From an uncultured Rhodobiaceae bacterium (GTDB lineage Archaea > Thermoplasmatota > Poseidoniia > Poseidoniales > Poseidoniaceae): a stretch of 38,523 bases of DNA. A program made the position numbers and the translations under genes. Shown in pieces: positions 18,264 to 28,102 of this stretch; the first letter of the stretch is position 1, and every line of letters begins with the position of its first letter. The DNA is taken from the NCBI GenBank assembly GCA_937911445.1, contig CALDQY010000003.1:1-38523 (forward strand). Direction: 5' to 3'. Below the pieces are notes generated by a model. That model had not been told where the DNA came from and did not search any database. It saw only the letters and a program-made list of their open reading frames with translations.

Positions 18264-18962
18264 TTACACCTCATCCTTTGCTTCTTGAATCCTTTCCAAT
18301 CGTTGCTCGAGCGATGTGATTCGCATGCTCATCAGCACATGACCGGTAATGAAAACTGTGAACGAGATCGCACCCAGCATGAGGATGAGGAACATTTCCT
18401 CGTTGAGGCTCCCACTTTCCCCGCCACCAATCACTGGACCAGGGTGACGAATTTGCCATAACCGCGTGGCAACGTACGTGACTGGAACGAGTATGAATCC
18501 AAACAGACCAAAGGTGGAAAAGGTATCTCTCGTTTCCACCCCATCGATTTGAGCTTGCCTACCCAAAACGAGGAACATTGCAAGGAATGTGAGGAGTCCA
18601 AATGTATTCAATCGAACGTCTGTCCAATCCCAGGGAACACCCCACTCTGCAGAACCCCAGACCATACCGCTCCATACGGTCATCAAACCTGTGGCAAGTC
18701 CGGCTTGTGCACCTGCGACATGCATTTTCCAGCCGAGGTCGGAACGCTTGAAAAACCACAATGCAGAACCTACGAAAAGGAATCCAAAAGCGATGAATGC
18801 AGACCATGCTGCGGGAACGTGCCAGTAGAAAATCCGTTGAGCTTCTGGTGATTCAAAAGCATTGATGGAAACACTCGGTGCTTTGAGAAATGCAAGCCCG
18901 AGGGTCATACCAATTCCGATGAATCCAAGCAAGAGAATCACCTCTGCCAACCGCTTGGTCAT
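18264..18962 (-). CDS. ccmC: Cytochrome c biogenesis heme chaperone CcmC
   Basis: QRIFYWHVPAAW (His ligand), Trp-rich WGSAEWGVPWDWTDVRL (WWD motif), second His in WQIRHP. Start placed at ATG 18962. Confidence 0.85.
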   Translation of the reverse strand: MTKRLAEVILLLGFIGIGMTLGLAFLKAPSVSINAFESPEAQRIFYWHVPAAWSAFIAFGFLFVGSALWFFKRSDLGWKMHVAGAQAGLATGLMTVWSGMVWGSAEWGVPWDWTDVRLNTFGLLTFLAMFLVLGRQAQIDGVETRDTFSTFGLFGFILVPVTYVATRLWQIRHPGPVIGGGESGSLNEEMFLILMLGAISFTVFITGHVLMSMRITSLEQRLERIQEAKDEV

Positions 18963-19000
18963 GTTTATTCCACCGAACCTTTTGCTTTCAATAATTGCAT

Positions 19001-20233
19001 TTACAACAGGCCAGAATCGGTAATCCATTGAACAAGCAGAGCAAATGGTAGAATCAGAATCGGTGTCAAAATCCGAGTAAATGCAGCACGAGGTCGTGCA
19101 AGTCGAGATGTGGTGAGATCCATCCATCGCACCATCAGCATGGTTGAGGTGGTCAGCAATCCGCCAATGGCTACGAGTGGCAATGAAACGTCGGCATTAA
19201 ACCCTAATTGAGTCAACGCAGTCAGTCCTGAACCAAGGAGGAGACCGTGGATGTACGAGTTCGGAATACCTTGGCGATGGGCTTTCCACCAATCCAGCGC
19301 TCTGTGTTCATGCAACATTGAAACCATGTTGTCGCCAACCAGGCCAGCCGCGAAAGCGGCACTAAGGAACAATCCAGATGCTTGCATCAATGAGGAATCA
19401 ACCGCTGAAGCGTCGACGAGTGCAAGGAGAATCCCAAGGGTGAGGAATCCGGCTATGCCATTGCTAGCGACTGTAGACAACGTGCGTTGATTGAGCAAAA
19501 ATCCCGTTCGGAACGCTGGGTTGTTTTTGTGCAATGATGCGTTCATGTCGTCCTTTACTCCTTTCGATTCCTCGAAAGCTTCGTTCGTTTCCATCGTATT
19601 CCCAGTGAGAAGATGCGTCGCACAACCCGTCAAATCGATATGATGACTTGCAAGGAGAATAGCGTTTCCTCGATTTCGAAGTTCATGCAAATCCTCAACC
19701 AGTAAGGTGCGTGATGCTGCATCAAGTCCTGCCGCTGGTTCATCCAACAACAAAATACGGGGTGATGGACCTACAAATCCTGGCAACATTCCAGCGAGCA
19801 TGGCTACTTTGCGACGTTGACCGCCTGACAAGTGCGCGATTAGATCGTGCTTTCGATGGGCTAGATTGTAGCGTTCGAGCCATGGATCGATGTCAATACG
19901 TCCTCCTGCAAGGTCAAGGGCGTTGAGAAGATGTTCTTCGACACGTAGGCTTCCAACGCACCCATCGGATTGCAGCGTTAATCCGAATGCAAATTTGGGT
20001 CGTTTTGAACTACCAGATGCATCGATGAGAACGTCTCCCTTGTGGAGGACCTGTCCTTGTTCAAGAGGTAAAAGGCCAGCTGCAACTTCAATTATGGTTG
20101 ACTTACCTGCTCCGTTTTTGTCGTTCAAGAGCACAAGTTGTCCACTTGTGACGTCAAGGCTCACATCACTAAGCACGAGTGAGGTGCCACGGCGAACCGA
20201 AACGCCGTTTAGTGACAACAGCGCTTCGCTCAT
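19001..20233 (-). CDS. CcmA-like ABC ATPase fused to a CcmB-like permease domain
   Basis: Walker A variant NDKNGAGKST, signature LSGGQRRK, LLLDEP, LASH, then about 6 TM segments. Immediately upstream of ccmC. Start placed at ATG 20233. Confidence 0.7.
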   Translation of the reverse strand: MSEALLSLNGVSVRRGTSLVLSDVSLDVTSGQLVLLNDKNGAGKSTIIEVAAGLLPLEQGQVLHKGDVLIDASGSSKRPKFAFGLTLQSDGCVGSLRVEEHLLNALDLAGGRIDIDPWLERYNLAHRKHDLIAHLSGGQRRKVAMLAGMLPGFVGPSPRILLLDEPAAGLDAASRTLLVEDLHELRNRGNAILLASHHIDLTGCATHLLTGNTMETNEAFEESKGVKDDMNASLHKNNPAFRTGFLLNQRTLSTVASNGIAGFLTLGILLALVDASAVDSSLMQASGLFLSAAFAAGLVGDNMVSMLHEHRALDWWKAHRQGIPNSYIHGLLLGSGLTALTQLGFNADVSLPLVAIGGLLTTSTMLMVRWMDLTTSRLARPRAAFTRILTPILILPFALLVQWITDSGLL

Positions 20234-20310
20234 GTTCCAATCCAAAACACACACATGAATGAATGCTACGACAGGACAAGACCCATAGTCGAGCAAATGG
20301 TCGGAGATGT

Positions 20311-21363
20311 ATGGGGCAGTTGTATCTTACAACATTCGGAGCCTCTGAATGGATTATTCTGAGTGTGTGGATTCTCGCAGTTGTGTCTCCCATTGCGTAT
20401 TCTATCCGAAACAAGACGCCGATTGCGCTGGGGATTTCCGTTGGGTTACTGCTGGGTTACATCGTCCAATACGCGTTTGTTGTTATGGCTTCGTACGGTC
20501 TTGAGTTTCGGTTCGTATGGTTTGACTTCTGGCTGATTCCTGAGCGATTGGATTCCGTTGTCTACTACCCAACCCTGTTCACAGCAGGCTTCTTGCATAG
20601 CATGAGTGATGTGACGCACGTGCTTGGTAATGTTTTGGTCATTGCTTTGGTGGGCATTCCTCTTGAACAACGCTTGGGAGCCAAACGCTTCACAGTCGTC
20701 TATGTGACAGGATTGCTCGGAGGTTCAATTGCCTGGGTCTTCTTCAACAGCGGCTCAGGAACACCATCATGGGGCGCTTCAGGAGCTGCATATGGTCTGC
20801 TCGGAGCATACCTCTCTGGCTGGCCTCGTGATGAAATTCCATTCCCTCTCATTTTGATCCGGCCTTGGCCGGTTACCATCATTGCCTTGTTCTATTTTGG
20901 ATTTGAGTTGGTACGAGCGTTCAACACGGTTGGCCTCGGTGGTTATTCCACCGTTGCCCACATGGCGCACATTGGAGGATTTGTCGCTGCTTACGCTTTG
21001 CTTCCATTGGTGGCAAGAGGCGGGCCATACCCATTGGGTATTGTCGATGGAGGGCCGAAAGGATTCGGACATTCAAGAGCTGGATTTGACCAGATCAAAT
21101 CATCCATGGTTGATGTATCTGGCATCGACGACCCATGGACAGAACTTGGACTTGACGTTCCGAAGAATCTACGCGAGCCACTTCGAAAATTGAAGGAAGC
21201 TGGAGATGAAGCGGAAACGCGAATTGCATGGATGGAGCACATTGCCGAGGCTGGCGACTGCCCTGTTTGCCTCGCCCCATTGGGCATGGTCGAACGCCGT
21301 ACAGGGCCCCAACTCCAATGTTCGAAAGAACCGAAGCACTTGTCATGGCCAAAGCATGGATAA
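20311..21363 (+). CDS. Rhomboid family intramembrane serine protease with C-terminal soluble extension
   Basis: FTAGFLH..HVLGN, G.PLEQRLG, GASGA (catalytic Ser), AHMAHIGG (His). C-terminal CPVC...C..H. Confidence 0.9.
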   Translation: MGQLYLTTFGASEWIILSVWILAVVSPIAYSIRNKTPIALGISVGLLLGYIVQYAFVVMASYGLEFRFVWFDFWLIPERLDSVVYYPTLFTAGFLHSMSDVTHVLGNVLVIALVGIPLEQRLGAKRFTVVYVTGLLGGSIAWVFFNSGSGTPSWGASGAAYGLLGAYLSGWPRDEIPFPLILIRPWPVTIIALFYFGFELVRAFNTVGLGGYSTVAHMAHIGGFVAAYALLPLVARGGPYPLGIVDGGPKGFGHSRAGFDQIKSSMVDVSGIDDPWTELGLDVPKNLREPLRKLKEAGDEAETRIAWMEHIAEAGDCPVCLAPLGMVERRTGPQLQCSKEPKHLSWPKHG

Positions 21364-21424
21364 TCAGGGCCAATCAACACACGTTGGAGCGATACCATCA
21401 AAATATATCGATTTGTGGTTGGGT

Positions 21425-24400
21425 ATGGCGATTATGCGCGGATGGTCTCATCACTCAAATCCAAGGCAGGCGTTGTTCTTGGTTTTGCTCATGCTTTTGC
21501 TGCCTATGGCATCGCAAGTTCAGGCGATAGAAACGCTCCCTGAGACACAAGAACCAACACACGCGCCTCCAATTCTGGTCGAAGGCTTGCCACCGCTCAT
21601 GTGTGGTGAGGAGTTGTGTGACCGACCACTTAGAATGTACGACCGTCAAGGGCGAGATGCCGCTTTGGATTATGGATGGTGGCAGGCCTATGGCCCAGAC
21701 CTCGACTGGAATGGTATGGATGACCGTCTTCAGCGTGTTCTAGACGGAATGGATTCTGTATCACCAACAGCGATCATTGGTGCAGACGGGCGAAAGACTG
21801 TCGCAATCGTAGTAGATTATGCATGGCACCCCTCAGAACCAGAAATCCAATCACTCAAATCAACACTTGAAGCACATGGCTGGGTTGGTGTGGAAAATGG
21901 CGCATGGTTTGAAGTGCTCAGGAGCATTGACAGCATCGTTGTTGACAAGGTTCCGGTTTCAGCTCTGATGGACATCTATCACCTTGAAGGGGTTGTCGTC
22001 ATAGAGATGCAAAACGTCATGGCTCCAGTGAATGACGTCGCTGCAAAAGCAGCTTTAGCACGTCCATCTCTGGAGTATGGGAACACTGCAAACGAACTCG
22101 GTTACTATGGAACAGGTGTCGTCATAGCAGTTATGGATACAGGTGTTGATAACGAACACCGCTCTCTCAACGACTTTGATGATGTTGATGATGCGCCAGA
22201 TGCAGATGCTTCGACATACAGCGATCAAAAGTGGGTTGCAGGTTTTGATGCAACATCTCCCAATCCGAATCCAGATGGCTCCACAGATCCCGATGATGGT
22301 AACGGTCACGGAACACACGTTGCAGGTTCGGCACTGGGTACGGGGGATTCATCGCGTGTTCACAGAGGAACAGCACCTGGTGCTGCTTTGGTTGACATCA
22401 AAGTCCTCACAGATGGCGGAGGAACCAATTCACAAGCGAGTCTGGCAGGCATTCAGTGGATGATCAACAACAAAGATACGGACTGGGGAATCAATTCGAC
22501 GTACCGGGGTATCCAAATCGCTTCCATGTCTTATGGTTCGGTTGGCACACCGCTCAACTCTGGTGACCAAGGTGATAACGGGACAAGCGCAGAAGCCTCA
22601 CTCATCAATCAAGCGACCGCTGAAGGCATTATTTGCGTTGTAGCTATCGGTAATGACGGCAGCAACAGAGTGCCTTCTCCTGGAAGTGCTGATGGCGCAA
22701 TAACAGTTGGCTCAGTGAACGACAAGAATACGATTCTAAGAGACGATGATGAGCATTCAGATTTCTCAAATTGGGGTCCACGACTTAGTGATGGAGACGA
22801 TGACGAGTGGGATGAACTCAAGCCGGATATTACCTCTTACGGGCACAACATTGTTTCAGCGACATATGGTACATCGCTCCCAATCCCCGGTGACACAGGA
22901 CTTGCGGACGACCAATACGATTCAAAGTCGGGAACGAGCATGGCAACTCCTATTGCATCAGGAGTCGTTGCTCTGATGCTGGAAGCAGATTCCACCCTTA
23001 CGCCTCAAGAAGTCAAGGATATTCTTCGAAACAGTTCCGAACAAAGAGGAGATCCATACGACGAATCCTTGTCAGAAAGGTGGAATGATAAATACGGATT
23101 TGGAATCATTGATGCAGCATGTGCCGTCAATTCAATTGAGGGAAACCCTTGTGACAACGGGTTTGTGGTAAAAGAATCCAAGAGCGATGTCAATGTTAGT
23201 TATCCTTCAAATGGCACTTGGCTGTTGAGTGATTCATTCACTCGAATTTCTGGAGAAGTCAACATGACCGAAATAGATTATCAGCGCGTTGAGTTGTACA
23301 TCGAACAGCATTTCTACGACAGAGGGCCAAAGATGCTCATGAATTGGACTGAAGCTAACGGGTCGATGGAAAATTGGTTCCTTGATGTTGAGATTCAAGA
23401 TTCATGGGTCGATTACAGCTCAAACGAGAAATTCTTACTCCTCCAAGCCAAAGCCTCCGACGATGATGGTAATGTCTCCAACGTGGCATATCGAAAGTTT
23501 AAGGTGTCTCGTGAAAGTATTTTGATCGATACGCCAATTTCGCGAAACGCCTTATCCGGTACCGTTGAAGTCAAAGGTGAAGTCGAAGGCGTGGAGCATG
23601 AACGAATTGAGTATCGCGTGGATGATGGTGACTGGTTGTTTGGTAGTTCAATCCAGACAAACAACAATCCTGGCGATGATGGAAAATCGAGTTGGTCCTT
23701 CAATTGGGACACAACTGAAATTGATGATGGATTCAGACAACTTTCTGTCCGAATGGTCAACAACTCTGGAAAAGAATCACAAATCGCTCAGAGAAGTTAC
23801 ACCATCGATAACATAGAACCTGCCCCATCGCTTCGATTTACAGGAGATGTCGAGGTACTGAATCGAGGCATGCCTGCAGAAGAAGCGTATCAAGGAAGTT
23901 TACTCGAGCTCAAATTCGACGTCTACAATGCAGGCGATGCTGATGCCTCGGATATTTTCGTTCGATTGGTTGCCCCTGGCGATGAATCTGAAGTGTATCC
24001 TTCGCAAGGGCTCATCCCTGAACTTCCGAAAGGAGAATCGGTTCAGGTTACATTGTTTTGGTCAGCGACTGTCGCAGGATCGCATGATGTTCGAATCGAA
24101 CTTGACCCGAACAACGCACAAGGAGACCCTGATACCTCGGACAACGTGTACGTTTTGAATTATGAAATTCTACAACGACCAGATCAACCTGTACTGCGCT
24201 ATTTGCCCGGATTCGTCACCACCTTGCCCGTTGTGCCACTTGTTGATGAAGAATACAAAATCGACATACGGATTGACAACCTCGGCAAATCGGAAGCATT
24301 CTCACTCGACATCGCACTCGAGTATTGGATTCCTGAGGCTGGCTGGCAATTGATTGACGAAGAGCGTGTTGGATTTGTTCCAGGGGCTACCAGTGAATCG

Positions 24401-26275
24401 GGTTACACCATGGTCGATTTTAGACACCAATCGGAGAAGATAGGCGCAGTACTCTACCGTGCTACGCTTACTGGAGATGGTGTCGAAAGTGATTACAGCC
24501 AAACAACGTTCAGTGTCATTGTCAGTGATGTATCAACCGTTGCAGGTTCAACCACACTTTCCCTCTCGGATGGTGAATACCCGGTTGCATTCGTAGGCGT
24601 AGAATCCTCAACACTCGTGTTTACTTCTGTCGATGGAGAACTTCATGCTCGGTCTTTGAATGACAACCTTTTGCTTCTTACAGACACGCTCGTTGACGAC
24701 AACTGGGAAGGGGAGCTCGATGTTTATCTCAGAGATGACGGATTGGTACATGCTGCATGGACGAGCCGCCAACAAACTGAGCAAGGATATTTTATGACCA
24801 ACATTGCCATGACTTCTTTTTCTCCTGCAGGGCAAATGCTCCCTATTCATACGCATCTTACACCTCTAAAAATCTCCGAGGGCAAATATTGGGGACTTGA
24901 TTTGACCGAAGATGATGGGACCATGGTCTTGTCTGGATACCACCGAAATATCTCAACGGGTGGTTCTTGGAGCGATGTCACTTCCATTTTCAGTTTGCAT
25001 TCTTCCTCACCAGATGTGGGCGAGAGTTGGAGTGAACCAAAGACGCATCTTGCAAACGTAGAGATTCATCCTGATGATGGTGACAAATTGTCAACTGTCC
25101 TTGATGATGAGATTTTGCACATTCTCTTCCAACAGGAACGAGACGATGTTACGGGTGTAGAGAGAAGTGGATTGATGTATACAAAAGGTGACCTTTTGTC
25201 TGCTTCATGGTCGTACCAGTCTTCAATTGGAGATGATGCATCTTCTGCACAAATATCGATCATCAACATCGATAATCAAAAAACCATCTTCGCATCTTGG
25301 ATTGAAGGTTCTGGTCAAAATGCAGAGATTGTAACGATTGCTACACAAGGTGATTGGGATGAGGATGTACATCGTGTTCAGGCACCGGGCGCAACCATTC
25401 TCATATACACTCAACGCAATGATATGGTTGAAGTGATTTACGACGAAATCACAGTCAGAGGAAAAGTTGCTCGCTATGGGATTCTGACAATTGACAACGA
25501 GCAGCCGGTTATTGGCCTTGGTAACATTGTATCAGAGAACGGAGTTCTTGGTTACAGTATGAATAACAAGGATGGAATTCTTTTCCTTGTCTCTGAAACA
25601 GGACGATTCTCAATGCAGAAGTTCCTACTCGATGAAGAACAAGAGGCTGGGGAGTCAAAATCCTTACTTGAGCAATTGTTGGAGCCTCTACCTGGTTCGG
25701 ACGAAACGAAGGTGAGGATATTCCTTGGCCTTGTTTCAGTCCTCTTCATTTTGTTTGTTCTTGTTGTGATTTCTCTCCGATCTGGCAGAAAAGAGGATAA
25801 CATCGCTGATGCGGCCATCGTAGAGGAAGACGAAGTTGCCATCCTCGTTCAGGTTGAAGAAGATGAGCAAGAGGAAGAATTGGTTGCCACAGTCCCAATT
25901 ACTCCTCCTGTACAGGTCGAGATGGAGGAACCCACGCTCGCAGCTGAACTGGAAGCAAAGAGCATTGCTGGCGAAGGGAATGCACGATTGAATCGTCGCA
26001 TGAAGAGGAAACAAGATCGTGAGATAGCAGAGATTGTTTCCAAAGGACTGCCTCCGTTGCCAACTCCAACACCGTTACCGGAACTACCAGCTGCCGAAGC
26101 ATTACCACCTCTACCTGTAGCAGAGCCCGGAACTGGTGCGCTACCGCCATTAGCAGATTTGCCTCCTCTTCGTCGCCAGGCGGTATGCCCCTCATGTGGC
26201 GCAAATTTCCCGGTAACCGATTTGATGCGGGCTCAAGTGATGTGTCCAATCTGTTCAGAAAGATTCAACCTTTGA
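21425..26275 (+). CDS. Large membrane-anchored S8 (subtilisin-like) serine protease with Ig/CARDB-like domains
   Basis: Signal-peptide-like LFLVLLMLLLPMASQVQA. Catalytic VMDTGVD, HGTHVAG, GTSMATP. CARDB-like V.N.G..DA..LDP.N..DN. TM IFLGLVSVLFILFVLVVISL, then Pro-rich tail and CPSC..CPIC. Start 21425 or 21434. Confidence 0.9.
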   Translation: MAIMRGWSHHSNPRQALFLVLLMLLLPMASQVQAIETLPETQEPTHAPPILVEGLPPLMCGEELCDRPLRMYDRQGRDAALDYGWWQAYGPDLDWNGMDDRLQRVLDGMDSVSPTAIIGADGRKTVAIVVDYAWHPSEPEIQSLKSTLEAHGWVGVENGAWFEVLRSIDSIVVDKVPVSALMDIYHLEGVVVIEMQNVMAPVNDVAAKAALARPSLEYGNTANELGYYGTGVVIAVMDTGVDNEHRSLNDFDDVDDAPDADASTYSDQKWVAGFDATSPNPNPDGSTDPDDGNGHGTHVAGSALGTGDSSRVHRGTAPGAALVDIKVLTDGGGTNSQASLAGIQWMINNKDTDWGINSTYRGIQIASMSYGSVGTPLNSGDQGDNGTSAEASLINQATAEGIICVVAIGNDGSNRVPSPGSADGAITVGSVNDKNTILRDDDEHSDFSNWGPRLSDGDDDEWDELKPDITSYGHNIVSATYGTSLPIPGDTGLADDQYDSKSGTSMATPIASGVVALMLEADSTLTPQEVKDILRNSSEQRGDPYDESLSERWNDKYGFGIIDAACAVNSIEGNPCDNGFVVKESKSDVNVSYPSNGTWLLSDSFTRISGEVNMTEIDYQRVELYIEQHFYDRGPKMLMNWTEANGSMENWFLDVEIQDSWVDYSSNEKFLLLQAKASDDDGNVSNVAYRKFKVSRESILIDTPISRNALSGTVEVKGEVEGVEHERIEYRVDDGDWLFGSSIQTNNNPGDDGKSSWSFNWDTTEIDDGFRQLSVRMVNNSGKESQIAQRSYTIDNIEPAPSLRFTGDVEVLNRGMPAEEAYQGSLLELKFDVYNAGDADASDIFVRLVAPGDESEVYPSQGLIPELPKGESVQVTLFWSATVAGSHDVRIELDPNNAQGDPDTSDNVYVLNYEILQRPDQPVLRYLPGFVTTLPVVPLVDEEYKIDIRIDNLGKSEAFSLDIALEYWIPEAGWQLIDEERVGFVPGATSESGYTMVDFRHQSEKIGAVLYRATLTGDGVESDYSQTTFSVIVSDVSTVAGSTTLSLSDGEYPVAFVGVESSTLVFTSVDGELHARSLNDNLLLLTDTLVDDNWEGELDVYLRDDGLVHAAWTSRQQTEQGYFMTNIAMTSFSPAGQMLPIHTHLTPLKISEGKYWGLDLTEDDGTMVLSGYHRNISTGGSWSDVTSIFSLHSSSPDVGESWSEPKTHLANVEIHPDDGDKLSTVLDDEILHILFQQERDDVTGVERSGLMYTKGDLLSASWSYQSSIGDDASSAQISIINIDNQKTIFASWIEGSGQNAEIVTIATQGDWDEDVHRVQAPGATILIYTQRNDMVEVIYDEITVRGKVARYGILTIDNEQPVIGLGNIVSENGVLGYSMNNKDGILFLVSETGRFSMQKFLLDEEQEAGESKSLLEQLLEPLPGSDETKVRIFLGLVSVLFILFVLVVISLRSGRKEDNIADAAIVEEDEVAILVQVEEDEQEEELVATVPITPPVQVEMEEPTLAAELEAKSIAGEGNARLNRRMKRKQDREIAEIVSKGLPPLPTPTPLPELPAAEALPPLPVAEPGTGALPPLADLPPLRRQAVCPSCGANFPVTDLMRAQVMCPICSERFNL

Positions 26276-26284
26276 AGTGGTACA

Positions 26285-28102
26285 ATGTGTGGAATTTTTG
26301 GCTACATTGGTCACCGTAATGCTTCATCCCTGCTCGTCAAAGGATTGTTACGTCTTGAATATCGAGGCTATGATTCGAGTGGTGTGGTTGTCAAGAATGG
26401 GCAATTGCAATCTTACAAGGACATCGGGAAAATTTCAGAGATGGCTACATCGTTACCTGACTTCAAAGGCTCGATGGGCATTGCTCACACACGCTGGGCA
26501 ACACACGGTGGAGTTACGAAAGAAAACGCCCACCCTCATCTCAGCAATGATGGAAAAGTTGCAATCGTACACAATGGTATTCTACAGAATTCCGATGCTC
26601 TACGTAAGCGTCTCAAGCGGGCAGGTGTTCAACTCAACTCGGAAACCGATTCTGAAGTGTTTTGTCACTACATTGCGATGGCTCTGGAAGAGGGTAAAGA
26701 ACCCCTTGAAGCACTTCAGAGTGTTCTCTCAATGGCTAGAGGGACGTGGGGGGTTTGCGTCCTGTTTCAAGAATACGACTATGTGCTCTGCGCTCGGAAT
26801 GGTTCACCTCTCATTATTGGCCGAGGAAAGGACGAGATGTTCATTTCAAGTGACCCTCACGCAATTCGAGAACACACCGATCAACTGGTTGCACTCGAAG
26901 ATGGACAAATCGCAAAGCTTGATGCACACGATTTCCAAGTTATGCAAACGGATGGCCAAGAGGTTGAATCCCACCTTCTTCAGTTGGAAGAAGAATGGGG
27001 TGAAAGCGAATTAGGAGCATATCCTCACTTTATGCTCAAGGAAATTCATGAACAATCTCAGTCTTTGCAGCATTGTATTTCGGGCCGATTACGTCATGCT
27101 GAGGGGACATCAGTACTCGGTGGTCTACAGGTACAACCCCAGAAACTTGCACAACTCCCTCACGTCCGTTTGATTGGTTGTGGTACGGCTTTGCATGCTG
27201 CTCAGATTGGGCAGATCCTGATTGAACAGTGGGCAAGAATCCCTGCAGTTTCTCATGTTGCAAGCGAATTCAATGCTAACGACCCAGTCATCAATCCAAA
27301 AGCGCTCCACTTGGCGATATCTCAATCAGGAGAAACAGCCGACACGCTCTCAGCGGTCAAGGAAATTCAACGAAAGGGAGCGGATGTCTATGGCATTGTG
27401 AATGTTGTCGGCTCGAGCATTGCAAGGCAATGCGGAAAAGGGGTCTACATCCACTCTGGGCCAGAACAATCCGTTGCTTCAACAAAGGCGTTCACGAACA
27501 TGGTCGGTGCCCTTGCCTTGTTCGCTCTACAACTTGGTCGAAGCCGTCATCTTTCAAAGACCAAGGGAAAATCAATCATTCGAGAAATGCGTACTCTCCC
27601 TGAAAAGATACGAACGTACCTCGAGCAGCCTGGACCAATCGAACAAGCTGTTGAGTTGGTTACGAAGGCGAAGAGTGTTCTGTTTCTGGGAAGAGGCATT
27701 TCTTCGCCAGTTGCTTCTGAAGGGGCTCTCAAACTGATGGAGATTGCTTACATTCCGTGCCTTGCCTATCCAGCAGGTGAAATGAAGCATGGGCCAATCG
27801 CACTGATTGAAGAGAATTCACCCGTTGTTGTCATCGCTCCAAACGATGGCGTTCAGGAGAGAACTCTGAACGCAATCCATGAGTGCAAAGCACGTGGTGC
27901 AAAAATCATCCTGATTCATGAGGAAGGAGATCCTATCTCTGAAACTGCGGATGTGAGTATCCCAATTCCATCAACGATGCCTATGTTGACACCATTGTTG
28001 AGTGTCCTACCGACTCAACTGATTGCCTATCACGCAGCTCTCGCTCTCGATAATGATGTGGACCGCCCTCGCAACCTCGCGAAATCTGTGACGGTTGAAT
28101 GA
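26285..28102 (+). CDS. glmS: Glutamine--fructose-6-phosphate aminotransferase (isomerizing)
   Basis: MCGIFG, LEYRGYDSSG, HTRWATHG, HNG, SQSGETADT, EMKHGP, DRPRNLAKSVTVE. Confidence 0.97.
   Translation: MCGIFGYIGHRNASSLLVKGLLRLEYRGYDSSGVVVKNGQLQSYKDIGKISEMATSLPDFKGSMGIAHTRWATHGGVTKENAHPHLSNDGKVAIVHNGILQNSDALRKRLKRAGVQLNSETDSEVFCHYIAMALEEGKEPLEALQSVLSMARGTWGVCVLFQEYDYVLCARNGSPLIIGRGKDEMFISSDPHAIREHTDQLVALEDGQIAKLDAHDFQVMQTDGQEVESHLLQLEEEWGESELGAYPHFMLKEIHEQSQSLQHCISGRLRHAEGTSVLGGLQVQPQKLAQLPHVRLIGCGTALHAAQIGQILIEQWARIPAVSHVASEFNANDPVINPKALHLAISQSGETADTLSAVKEIQRKGADVYGIVNVVGSSIARQCGKGVYIHSGPEQSVASTKAFTNMVGALALFALQLGRSRHLSKTKGKSIIREMRTLPEKIRTYLEQPGPIEQAVELVTKAKSVLFLGRGISSPVASEGALKLMEIAYIPCLAYPAGEMKHGPIALIEENSPVVVIAPNDGVQERTLNAIHECKARGAKIILIHEEGDPISETADVSIPIPSTMPMLTPLLSVLPTQLIAYHAALALDNDVDRPRNLAKSVTVE

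Noticed and set aside
21206-21424. N-terminal extensions in the ORF track (S8; likewise ccmC, ccmAB, PGI, METTL5)
   Set aside because: They overlap neighbouring genes; downstream ATGs fit the family N-termini, signal peptide or SD better.
26277-27014. 245-aa alternate-frame ORF over glmS
   Set aside because: Overlaps a highly conserved gene and has no recognisable features.
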